Shown here in pieces: positions 7,537 to 16,004 of a DNA stretch of 64,000 nt. Below the pieces are notes generated by a model, which had not been told where the DNA came from, searched no databases, and saw nothing but the letters and a program-made list of their open reading frames with translations. Origin of the DNA: Actinomycetota bacterium (GTDB lineage Bacteria; Actinomycetota; Actinomycetes; Streptosporangiales; Streptosporangiaceae); contig PMSW01000095.1 in the NCBI GenBank assembly GCA_003168215.1, positions 7,025 through 71,024 on the forward strand. Reading direction: 5' to 3'. The position numbers were made by a program, and so were the translations under genes. How positions within the stretch are numbered: the first letter of the stretch is position 1; the number at the start of each line of letters is the position of its first letter.

Positions 7537-8793
7537 GCCGGCCAGCACATCCCCGCCGGGCACGCTGCCGCGAGCCGGCACCGCGGTCGCAGGGGGCTCG
7601 CTCTCTGGCTGGGCCGATGGGGACGCCGCCTCGAATAGCAGCACCGCAACGTCGTCGTCGAGCCTGCGGCCGGTGTGGGCCACCAAGCGACCGAGCAGCT
7701 CGTCCGCGGCGGCCTCCAGGTCGGGGCCGCGGAGTGTGTCAGCGCAGTCCTCCAGCCGGAAGTAGCGGCCCGCCCGGTCGCGGGCCTCGATCAGGCCGTC
7801 GGTGTAGAACACCAGCCGGTCACCCTCGCCCACCGAGAACGTGGACGTCTTCATGTCGGGGTGCAGGCCCATCGGTGTCGCGTAGACGCTCGGGCTAAGG
7901 GCCTGCAGCCCGCCGTCCGCGGTCAGCCGCAGTGGCGGCGGGTGGCCGCAGGTGACGAGTTCAAGCCAGCCATGCGGGTCGAACTCGGCGAACAGCGCGG
8001 TCACGAAGTCCTCCTCCCCCGCGGCCAGCGTCACTGACCGGTCCACCACCCGGGCGATCTCGGGCAGCGACAAGCCCGGGTGGGCGCAGGCATCCCCGAA
8101 GCTGGTCGTCGCGATGCTGGCCAGGCGCACCGCCGGCAGCCCCTTCCCGCGCGTGTCGCCGATGAGCCAGCGGGTGCGGCCCCCCTCGGAGACGACCTCC
8201 AGGATGTCCCCGCCCACCCGGGCCTCCGCCGCGGCCGAGACGTATCGCGAGGCCATCCGCCCCGCCGTGACCGTGGCCGGGACCTCGCGCAGCAGTGCGC
8301 TCTGCGCCACCCGCGCGACCGCACGGACCCGGCTCAGCCGCCGCTGCGCCGCGGTGCGCAGTGCGGCGTTGGCGACAGCGAACGCGGCTAGCAGCACGAA
8401 GACGCCTAGATGCGACACGAGCGTCCCGGGCCGGGCGGGCTGGTTCACGATCAGCCCGACGCCCAGCAGCGTCGCCCATCCCGCCAGCACGGCGGTGATC
8501 CGCGGGCGCAGCAGCAGGGACGCCAGGAGCGGGCCGACCGCCAGCCACGCGACCGCAACGGGACCCCGGCCCGTGCGGTACTGCGCCACCGCCACCACCG
8601 TGATCGCCAGGCCGATCAGCACCGCGAGCACCCGCTTAGCCAGGATGCCGGACGGCTGGGACGGTCCCGACACGTTCAGTCGAATACCGCGGCCGGGGCG
8701 CTGGTACAGGCGCCGCCACCCGGGCTCAGTATGTCTGTTCACGTGGTTGCCCCTCATCTGCGGTGGGTCGGCTCTGCCACGTACTGACAGCAA
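7528..8793 (-). CDS. Membrane-bound PP2C/SpoIIE-family serine/threonine phosphatase
   Basis: N-terminal multi-TM region plus SpoIIE-like core (GGDILEVV, IGDTRGKGLPA, LVFYTDGLIEARD). Start uncertain. Confidence 0.8.
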   Translation of the reverse strand: MLSVRGRADPPQMRGNHVNRHTEPGWRRLYQRPGRGIRLNVSGPSQPSGILAKRVLAVLIGLAITVVAVAQYRTGRGPVAVAWLAVGPLLASLLLRPRITAVLAGWATLLGVGLIVNQPARPGTLVSHLGVFVLLAAFAVANAALRTAAQRRLSRVRAVARVAQSALLREVPATVTAGRMASRYVSAAAEARVGGDILEVVSEGGRTRWLIGDTRGKGLPAVRLASIATTSFGDACAHPGLSLPEIARVVDRSVTLAAGEEDFVTALFAEFDPHGWLELVTCGHPPPLRLTADGGLQALSPSVYATPMGLHPDMKTSTFSVGEGDRLVFYTDGLIEARDRAGRYFRLEDCADTLRGPDLEAAADELLGRLVAHTGRRLDDDVAVLLFEAASPSAQPESEPPATAVPARGSVPGGDVLAGVA

Positions 8794-8947
8794 TCATGCA
8801 GGTCATGCCGGAGAAGCGGCTGAACGCCAGCTCTGGGGAACCTCACAGAAAATCGCAGATCACGAAAACCCCCGCGGGGCGCGGGCGGACAGGGTTTTCT
8901 CAGCCTGCGGTCATTGAATCGCAAGGTTGAGGGGTGAGCGTTGGACC

Positions 8948-9673
8948 ATGGATTCCTCAGCCAGCAGGGTGGAGGTACCGGCGGGCCTCGAGGCCCGGCT
9001 GCTGGTGGTCGAGGATGAGCCGACCATCCTGGAACTCCTGTCGGGGTCGCTGCGCTTCGCGGGCTTCGACGTCGTGACGGCGGCCAGCGGCCGGGAGGCG
9101 CTTCGCGTCGCGGCGGCAGTGCGGCCGGATCTGATCCTGCTCGACGTGATGCTCCCGGACGGCGACGGGTTTGAGGTGGTTCGCACGCTGAGGGCCGGGG
9201 GGCCGCGGGTGCCGGTCATCTTCCTGACCGCCCGCAGCCAGGTCCATGAGCGGGTGGCCGGGCTGACCCTGGGCGGAGACGATTACGTCACTAAGCCGTT
9301 CAGCCTGGATGAGGTGCTGGCCCGCATCCGGGCGGTGCTGCGGCGCTGCGGCGGACCCGGGGCGGAGAGTTCCCGCCTGATCGTGGCTGACCTCGAGCTC
9401 GATGAGGACGCTCACGAAGTACGGCGCCACGGCGCGCTGGTGACCCTGACGCCGATCGAGTTCAAGCTGCTGCGGTATCTGATGGTCAACGCCGGCCAGG
9501 TGCTCAGCAAAGCGCAGATTTTCGACCATGTCTGGGATTACAGCTTCACTGGCGACGGCAACGTCGTGGAGCCCTGCATCAGCTACCTGCGGCGTAAGGC
9601 CGATCAGGGCGAGCCGCGGCTGATCCACACGATCCGCGGCGTTGGCTACGTGCTGCGGGTGCCCCCGCCGTGA
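8948..9673 (+). CDS. OmpR/PhoB-family response regulator
   Basis: Receiver (LLVVEDEP...DLILLDVMLPDGDG) plus winged-helix output (LTPIEFKLLRYL...IHTIRGVGYVL). ORF from TTG 8927; ATG 8948 preferred. Confidence 0.9.
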   Translation: MDSSASRVEVPAGLEARLLVVEDEPTILELLSGSLRFAGFDVVTAASGREALRVAAAVRPDLILLDVMLPDGDGFEVVRTLRAGGPRVPVIFLTARSQVHERVAGLTLGGDDYVTKPFSLDEVLARIRAVLRRCGGPGAESSRLIVADLELDEDAHEVRRHGALVTLTPIEFKLLRYLMVNAGQVLSKAQIFDHVWDYSFTGDGNVVEPCISYLRRKADQGEPRLIHTIRGVGYVLRVPPP

Positions 9674-11019
9674 GCTTGCGGCCGTACCGGCGTCTGCGGA
9701 CGGCGCTGGCCAACGCGTCGCTGCGGGTCCGGGTCATGGCCGTCGCCGCGTTCCTGGTCACGATCACCTCGGTGGTCATGGGTTCGCTGGGGACCATCCT
9801 GCTGCACGGTTACCTGCTCGGCCGGGCTGACCAGCAGCTCCGCGACTTCGCCGGGGTGGCCAGCCGCAACCTGACCGCCGGGACGCCGCGGCTGCCCCGG
9901 GCCGGCCAGCCCAGCCAGCCCTTCCAGTTCCTGATTGAGATCATCAGCGCCGGCGGCCGGGTCTCCGTGACCGAGGCACCGCTGCACCACGCCTCCCTTC
10001 CCCGGATCGCCCCCGCACGCTTGACGGGCGCGCAAGAACCGTTCACGGTGCCCGCGGCGGGCGACCCTGGGCATTCCTGGCGCGTCCTGGTCCGCACCCT
10101 GCCCGGCGGCCGGCACGCCGTCATCGCTTACAGCCTGGACGACCTGACCACCACCGTCACCCGCCTGGAAATAGCCGATGCGGTGGCCGGGGCCGTCGCC
10201 ATCGTGCTCCTGGCCGGTATCGGGCTGCCGCTGGTGCGGATCAGCCTGGCGCCGCTGGCCAAGATCGGGAACACGGCGGCGGCGATCGCGGCCGGGGATC
10301 TGTCCCGGCGCATCGACCATCCACCGCATAGCACCGAGGTGGGCCGGCTGGCCGACGCCCTGAACACGATGCTGGCCCGGATCGAGGCCGCCTACCGGGC
10401 GCGGGAAGAGGGCGAAGCGCGCGCCCTGGACTCCGAGGACCGGCTGATGACACTCATCCAGCAGGAAGCCATCCGGATGGGCCGGCTGGTGGAGGACCTG
10501 CTGATGCTGGCCCAGTTCGACCTGGACCGCCCGCTGGACCGCCGCCCTGTCGACCTGTCCAGCATCGCCGCCCAGGCCGTCCTGGCCGCCCGCCTGATCC
10601 AGCCCGACCGCCCGATCACCCTGCACGCGGACGCCCCGGTCATCGTGGACGGAGATGCTGAGCGGCTGCGCCAGGTCCTCGACAACCTGATCGGCAATGC
10701 CCTGCAGCACATGCCGAGGGGGTCAGCGGTCACGGTCAGCGTGCAGGATCAGGCTGGGCAGGCTCAGCTCACCGTGGCCGACAACGGTCCCGGCATGACC
10801 TCCGACCAGGCGTCCCGCGTGTTCGAGCGTTTCTACCGCACGGACCGCGCCCGGGCCCGGGCGCGGGGCGGCACCGGCCTCGGCCTGTCCATCGCGGCCA
10901 CCCTGACGTCCGCGCACGCCGGGACCATCACGGTCGACACCCAGCCGGGCCGCGGCGCCGCCTTCACGGTCAGGCTGCCCCTGGCCACCGTGGCCAGCGG
11001 GAAGGCCGGACTCCGCTAG
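9670..11019 (+). CDS. Sensor histidine kinase (TM-HAMP-HisKA-HATPase)
   Basis: GTGA overlap with the regulator gene. G-box motifs DNGPGM and GTGLGLSI. Confidence 0.9.
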   Translation: MSLRPYRRLRTALANASLRVRVMAVAAFLVTITSVVMGSLGTILLHGYLLGRADQQLRDFAGVASRNLTAGTPRLPRAGQPSQPFQFLIEIISAGGRVSVTEAPLHHASLPRIAPARLTGAQEPFTVPAAGDPGHSWRVLVRTLPGGRHAVIAYSLDDLTTTVTRLEIADAVAGAVAIVLLAGIGLPLVRISLAPLAKIGNTAAAIAAGDLSRRIDHPPHSTEVGRLADALNTMLARIEAAYRAREEGEARALDSEDRLMTLIQQEAIRMGRLVEDLLMLAQFDLDRPLDRRPVDLSSIAAQAVLAARLIQPDRPITLHADAPVIVDGDAERLRQVLDNLIGNALQHMPRGSAVTVSVQDQAGQAQLTVADNGPGMTSDQASRVFERFYRTDRARARARGGTGLGLSIAATLTSAHAGTITVDTQPGRGAAFTVRLPLATVASGKAGLR

Positions 11020-11151
11020 CCGCACGGGGCCGGGCGGCGTCGTGACCGCCAGCGGGGGCGGGCGTTTTCTGGGTGCCACCTTGCGGCTCTGGCTGTCCTC
11101 GCCTGCTGACGCGCCAGCGGCCAGCCCCCGGCCAGGGATCTCACAGTCCGC

Positions 11152-11178
11152 CGCAACGAGATCGCAAGCTGTGCGCCA
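11152..11178 (+). promoter_or_regulatory. Three direct repeats CGCAA/CGCAA/CGCCA phased at 11 bp (candidate response-regulator site)
   Basis: Pentamers start at 11152, 11163 and 11174, followed by TTGACT, about 80 bp upstream of the lipoprotein-ABC operon. Confidence 0.35.
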
Positions 11179-11255
11179 TTGACTACAGAGCGAAGGGCCA
11201 GCGGGCCCGTCCGGCAGGCACCTCGGGGTCGCCCGCCGTCCACCACGAAGGAGAC

Positions 11256-11591
11256 ATGTTGACCAGCGCCTACCAACTCCTGACCCGGCGCCGGGCCTGG
11301 CTGCCCGTGCTCGTGCCCCTGCTGCTGGCCGGCGCCCTCGCCACGGGATGCAGCGCGAGCAGCGCCGCGACCAGTCCGGCCTCGTCCGGCTCCTCTAGCC
11401 CGGGCAGCAGCCAGGCCAGCTTCCGGCAATGCCTGCAGCGGCAGGGAGTGAGCCTGCCGCAGGGCCGGCCCTCACCGGGCAGCGGCCAGCCGCAGGGCCG
11501 GCCGACCGGATCGGCCGCGTCCGCGTTCCGCAAGGCCCTGAAGGCCTGCGGCGGCGGCTCGTTCCCGCGGGGCGGCAAACCGGCCGGCTGA
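11256..11591 (+). CDS. Small secreted lipoprotein
   Basis: GAAGGAG RBS then ATG 11256. Signal peptide with lipobox LATGC. Ser/Gly/Pro-rich mature part with two Cys. Confidence 0.6.
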   Translation: MLTSAYQLLTRRRAWLPVLVPLLLAGALATGCSASSAATSPASSGSSSPGSSQASFRQCLQRQGVSLPQGRPSPGSGQPQGRPTGSAASAFRKALKACGGGSFPRGGKPAG

Positions 11592-11645
11592 ACCGCCGGG
11601 ACGGCACCAGCGACCAGATTCTTGAGAGAAAGGAATTGAGATCAC

Positions 11646-13079
11646 ATGTTCATCACCTACCTGCGGCGGGAGCTGCGCCGGCGGATGCGGCAGGCGATTT
11701 TCATTGCGCTGGGCCTGGCCCTGGGCATCGGCCTGGTCATCACCGTGATGGCCGCCTCGTCGGGCGTCTCCAACTCTCAGGGCACGGTGCTGCACTCCCT
11801 TTACGGGGTGGGCACCGACGTCACGGTCACCCAGACGCCGACCGCGGGGTCAGGCGGCCCCACCCGGTTCGGCTTCGGCGGCGGTAGTTCGGGCAGCAAG
11901 CCTTCCGCGGGCACGAGCTTCAGCCGCAACGTGCTGACCAGCGGCGGGCTGGGGGCGCTGCAGTCCTCCGACGTGACGAAAATTTCTAGCCTGAAGGATG
12001 TGTCCGCGACGGCGGGCGCGCTCACCCTGACCGACCTGAAGCTGTCCGGCACGGTCAACGCCAGCGCATCAGGCGGCGGCTCGGCCGGCGGCTCCGCATC
12101 GGGCGCCAAGTCCTCGATCAAGAGCAGCAGCTTCAGCGTGACCGGGGTCGATCTGGCCAACGGATCACTCGGGCCGCTCACCTCCGGGACGATCACCTCG
12201 GGCCACAACTTTAGCTCGGCTGACTCCACCGCCAACGTCGCCGTGGTGGACGCCAACTACGTCAAGGCGGAGAACCTGAAGACCGGGTCGACGTTCAAGG
12301 TCGCCGGGACGAAGTTCACCGTCATCGGGATCGTCAGCGTGGCCCAGGGCAGCTCGTCCGCGGATGTCTACATCCCGCTCGCCCGCGCGCAGGCCCTGGC
12401 CAGCATGAAGAACGAGGTAAACACGATCTACGTGTCGGCGGCCAGCGCCGCGGACATCACCACGGTGTCCAGCGAGATCTCCACTGCGCTGCCTAAGGCC
12501 ACGGTGACCACGTCCAGCGACCTGGCCAGCGAGGTCACCGGCTCGCTGTCCAGCGCCTCAAGCCTGGCCAACAACCTCGGCAAGTGGCTGGCCGTCGCCG
12601 TGCTCGCGGCCGCGTTCGGCCTGGCCAGCCTGCTCACCGTATCGGCGGTATCGCGCCGCGTCCGTGAGTTCGGCACGCTCAAGGCCCTCGGCTGGCGCAA
12701 CCGCCGGATCCTCAGCCAGATCATGGGTGAGGCGCTCGCCATCGGCCTCATCGGCGGCGCGGCCGGGGTCGCGCTCGGTTTCGGCGGCGCGGCCCTGGTG
12801 CAGGCCCTCGCCCCGCCGCTGACCGCGACCAGCGCACCGTCCGGACCGGGGGGCGCTGGGGGTACCGGTGCTGGCGGTCCCGGCGCGGGCGGCGGCTTCG
12901 CTCACGCCGCACAGTCCGCCGCCCACACGGTGTCCGTGCACCTGACTGCGCCCGTCGCGCTCAGCGTGGTGCTGCTGGCCGTCGTCCTCGCCGTCGCCGG
13001 CGGGCTCGTGGCCGGCTCGTTCGGCGGCTGGCGGGCCGTCCGCCTCCGCCCGGCCGACGCACTGGCCCGGGTCGTCTAA
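11646..13079 (+). CDS. ABC transporter permease, FtsX/MacB type
   Basis: N-terminal TM, long Ser/Gly/Thr-rich periplasmic domain, C-terminal FtsX-like TM bundle (REFGTLKALGW). Confidence 0.85.
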   Translation: MFITYLRRELRRRMRQAIFIALGLALGIGLVITVMAASSGVSNSQGTVLHSLYGVGTDVTVTQTPTAGSGGPTRFGFGGGSSGSKPSAGTSFSRNVLTSGGLGALQSSDVTKISSLKDVSATAGALTLTDLKLSGTVNASASGGGSAGGSASGAKSSIKSSSFSVTGVDLANGSLGPLTSGTITSGHNFSSADSTANVAVVDANYVKAENLKTGSTFKVAGTKFTVIGIVSVAQGSSSADVYIPLARAQALASMKNEVNTIYVSAASAADITTVSSEISTALPKATVTTSSDLASEVTGSLSSASSLANNLGKWLAVAVLAAAFGLASLLTVSAVSRRVREFGTLKALGWRNRRILSQIMGEALAIGLIGGAAGVALGFGGAALVQALAPPLTATSAPSGPGGAGGTGAGGPGAGGGFAHAAQSAAHTVSVHLTAPVALSVVLLAVVLAVAGGLVAGSFGGWRAVRLRPADALARVV

Positions 13080-13137
13080 CCAGCAGAGCGTCTGATCCGC
13101 AGAACCGCAGAACCGCAGAACCGCGAAGGGAAAGCCC

Positions 13138-13830
13138 ATGTACCAGCTCACCGGCGTCACCCGGGACTACCAGAAAGGCCGGCACACGGTCCACGCGCTG
13201 GACGGCGTGGACCTGGTCATCGAGGACGGCGACTGGCTCGCCATCCAGGGACCCACCGGCCACGGGAAGAGCACACTGCTGCAGATTCTCGGGGCGCTGG
13301 ACCGCCCGACCTCGGGCACGGTCCTCTTCGACGGCCAGGATCTGACTCGGCTGCGGGAAAGCCAGCTGACCCAGGTCCGCGCCACCTCGATCGGCTTCAT
13401 CTTCCAGTCCTTCAACCTCATCCCGACCCTGTCCGCCCAGGAGAACGTCGAGACCGCCCTCGTCCCGCTCAGGGTGGCCTCAGCCGAGCGGCAAGAGCGC
13501 GCGCTCCGCGCGCTGACCGATCTCGGCCTCGGCGACCGGGCCCGGCACCTGCCCTCCGAACTGTCCGGAGGGCAGCAGCAGCGGGTCGCCATCGCCCGCG
13601 CCCTGGTCAAGCAACCCACAGTGCTGCTGGCCGACGAGCCCACCGGCAACCTCGACGAAGGCACCAGGGACGAGATCATGACGCTCCTGGAGCAGCTATG
13701 GGACCAGTTGCGACTCACCCTCGTCATCGTCAGCCACGACAGCATCGTCGCGGGCCGGGCGCAGCGAACCGGCCTGATGGAAAACGGCCGGCTCACCATC
13801 GGGACCCGTTCCACCCACCCCATCTCATGA
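13138..13830 (+). CDS. ABC transporter ATP-binding protein (MacB/LolD-like)
   Basis: Walker [10 protein letters not shown], signature [15 protein letters not shown], Walker [12 protein letters not shown]. Confidence 0.95.
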   Translation: MYQLTGVTRDYQKGRHTVHALDGVDLVIEDGDWLAIQGPTGHGKSTLLQILGALDRPTSGTVLFDGQDLTRLRESQLTQVRATSIGFIFQSFNLIPTLSAQENVETALVPLRVASAERQERALRALTDLGLGDRARHLPSELSGGQQQRVAIARALVKQPTVLLADEPTGNLDEGTRDEIMTLLEQLWDQLRLTLVIVSHDSIVAGRAQRTGLMENGRLTIGTRSTHPIS

Positions 13831-13846
13831 TGAGGAGCTCAGCAAA

Positions 13847-14562
13847 ATGTCTTCCCGCAAACTCACCAGGTCCATCGTCGTCGGCGTCGCGGCTATCGCG
13901 GTGGCGGGCGGTTCCTAGGGATCGTCAGCGCAGCCTCCGGCAGCAGCCCGGCCGCGGCCAGCAGCAGCTCATCCACCGCCGGCAGCGGCTTCGCTCACGC
14001 TCCCGGACCGGGCGGCGGATCCGGCGCCCGGTCCGGGCCGGCCGCAGGCGGAGCAGCCGGCACGGTCGCCAGCCTGTCCTCCTCGGGTTTCACGCTGACG
14101 ACATCAGCGGGCCAGAAAGTGACCATCAAGGAGACGTCCGCCACCACCTACCACAAGCAGGCCAGCGCGGCCTCAGCGAACGCCGTCACCGCCGGCGAAC
14201 CCGTCCTGGTCCTGGGGACGACCAGTAACACGACCATCACCGCCGCCCAGGTCACCGTGGAACCGGCCGGCAGCGCCTATACGGCGTCCTCGGCCGCGGT
14301 GGTCCCCTTCCGGCAAGGCGCCCCCGCCACGTCCAGGCAGGCCGGGCAGATCCCGGCGGACTACACCGAGGGGACCGGGACGATCGTCAGCGGAACGGCC
14401 GCGGACAAGGCGACGCAAGCCGCGCTGGCCGCCTACCCCGGGGGCCTGGCCGACCGGGTGGTGAAGCTCGGCAACGGCGATTACGAGGTCCACTACATCG
14501 GCGTCAGCTGGCCGCACCACGTCTTCGTCAACCAGGACTTCAAGGTCATCGGCGCCGATTAG
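13847..14562 (+). pseudogene. Secreted protein with beta-rich and PepSY-like C-terminal parts, interrupted by a 1-nt frameshift near 13910-13918
   Basis: GAGGAG RBS plus ATG 13847 gives [23 protein letters not shown] then TAG. The hydrophobic helix continues in the -1 frame ([12 protein letters not shown]...), which runs without a stop into the track's 14119-14562 ORF. Confidence 0.6.
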
Positions 14563-14650
14563 TCGATACTTGACCTCACGCCTGGAACATCGCCGAAGCG
14601 GCGGTCCACCGAGTCGACGGCAGGTCCTCGTCGGCAGCCAGGCGCACTAT

Positions 14651-14704
14651 TTCCAACAATGCTTGCCAGCGTCCGCCGGGGTCCGCGACCGTCCGTGACC
14701 TGCC
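14651..14704 (-). repeat. Third copy of the att-arm sequence (core TTCCAA plus arm), without a tRNA part
   Basis: 48 of 54 positions identical to 19435-19488 by hand alignment. Followed by GGCGAACGG motifs at 14728 and 14780. Confidence 0.75.
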
Positions 14705-14812
14705 GCAATGCACGCGGGCCGGACGATGGCGAACGGTGGCGGACGGGGTGATCATCTCGCATCTATGCGGTCGTACGGTGGCGAACGGCGGGGTGGTTCG
14801 CTGCCAGCTTGC

Positions 14813-15076
14813 TTAGTGGTCGTCGTAGTGGAAGCGGCACGCGATGACAACGATGGCGTCGTGCTGGATTTCATAGACCAGCCGATCTTTCTCTGTTATC
14901 CGGCGTGACCAGACCTCGCCGCCGAGATGCTTGAGCCGTTCGGGCTTGCCCGTGCCGCTGCGGGGCGTTCGCGTAACCTCCGCGATCAGCCTGATGATCC
15001 GTGATACCAGCTTCGGATTGGTTGTCGACCAGGCCTCAAGGTCCTCGAGAGCGCCGGAGGTGATCGACAGCTTCAC
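14813..15076 (-). CDS. yoeB: Type II toxin, YoeB/Txe family
   Basis: 87 aa. GKPERLKHLGGEVWSRRITEKDRLVYEI...CRFHY is typical of YoeB. Confidence 0.9.
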   Translation of the reverse strand: MKLSITSGALEDLEAWSTTNPKLVSRIIRLIAEVTRTPRSGTGKPERLKHLGGEVWSRRITEKDRLVYEIQHDAIVVIACRFHYDDH

Positions 15077-15357
15077 CTGGTCGGCTGGCCCTCGAATCGG
15101 GCGGCCAGTTGCTCAGGATCGGTTGGCTCGGCCGTGCCTTCGCGGGCCTCGGCCAGCCCGCGAAGGAGATGGGCGGCGTTGGCGCGCGTAGAGAACAGGT
15201 AGAGGGTCTCCTGAAGAGACTCGTAGTCTTCTGCTGACATCAGGACGGCGTTGCCGCCGTTGCGCGCGACTATCTCGATGACGACGTGGTCCTCGCTGAC
15301 TTGCCGCACCAGTGGGAACAGGTTCTGGCGTGCGTTGCTGATGCTCACCGCGGTCAC
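15073..15357 (-). CDS. yefM: Type II antitoxin, YefM/Phd family
   Basis: ISNARQNLFPLVRQVSEDHVVIEIV...MSAEDYESLQETLYL. 4-bp overlap with yoeB. GTG start at 15357 or 15348; the track ORF is over-extended. Confidence 0.85.
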   Translation of the reverse strand: MTAVSISNARQNLFPLVRQVSEDHVVIEIVARNGGNAVLMSAEDYESLQETLYLFSTRANAAHLLRGLAEAREGTAEPTDPEQLAARFEGQPTR

Positions 15358-16004
15358 AAGCGCCACCTCATTCGTACAGGAATCACGTACAAGTCTAGGG
15401 GCTTGGCCCGGGATGGGCAAAGAGCCATGCGACCGTAGGTCGGTGCCGCGAAGGGCCACCGCGGCACCGTGCCGCCTTGGGCAGTCGATTCAGGACCCGT
15501 TAACGGTCCGTCGTCGCTGGTGGGAGTTTCTTTCGCTGTGCGCCCTGGCCAAGGGGCCGCACTGGATACCGACGAGCTGGCGATCGCTGCCGTGCCTGTC
15601 GCCGAGTACCGGGTCGGCATCGCGCTCACCGATACTCCTGCCGGGCGCCAGTCGTGCCCGGCCGCTGGCCGGTCCTGGGCGTGCGTGACCAGGCACAACA
15701 GGTCCGGCTGCTCCCAGCGATGGCCTCGCATGCGGCTGTCGGCTTGAGCGGGCTGTCACCGAGCGTCGGGCCTGCGCGGCCGGAGGCCGGTGGTGTTGTC
15801 CGTCACTGGCTGCCCGCAATGATCGCCTGTGCTTCTTCCCGGGACATCGGCGGGCCGAGCACCAGCCGGGAGATCGCCCCGCACGCCGCCGAATAACCCT
15901 GCGTCGGCGGAAAGTGCGCTGCGCGTTCCAGCAAGACGCGATCAGCGCCGCTTCCTAGCCTCGTGACAACCGCCAAGCGCGGGTCGCAGGCGAAGGGATC
16001 TCCC

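Noticed and set aside
8918-8926. ATCGCAAG shared between the response-regulator upstream region and the 11.16-kb phased repeats, as an autoregulation site
   Set aside because: At 8918 it lies only about 20 nt from the ATG, within the RBS region, which is too close for a promoter-proximal activator site. A single 8-mer match may be chance.
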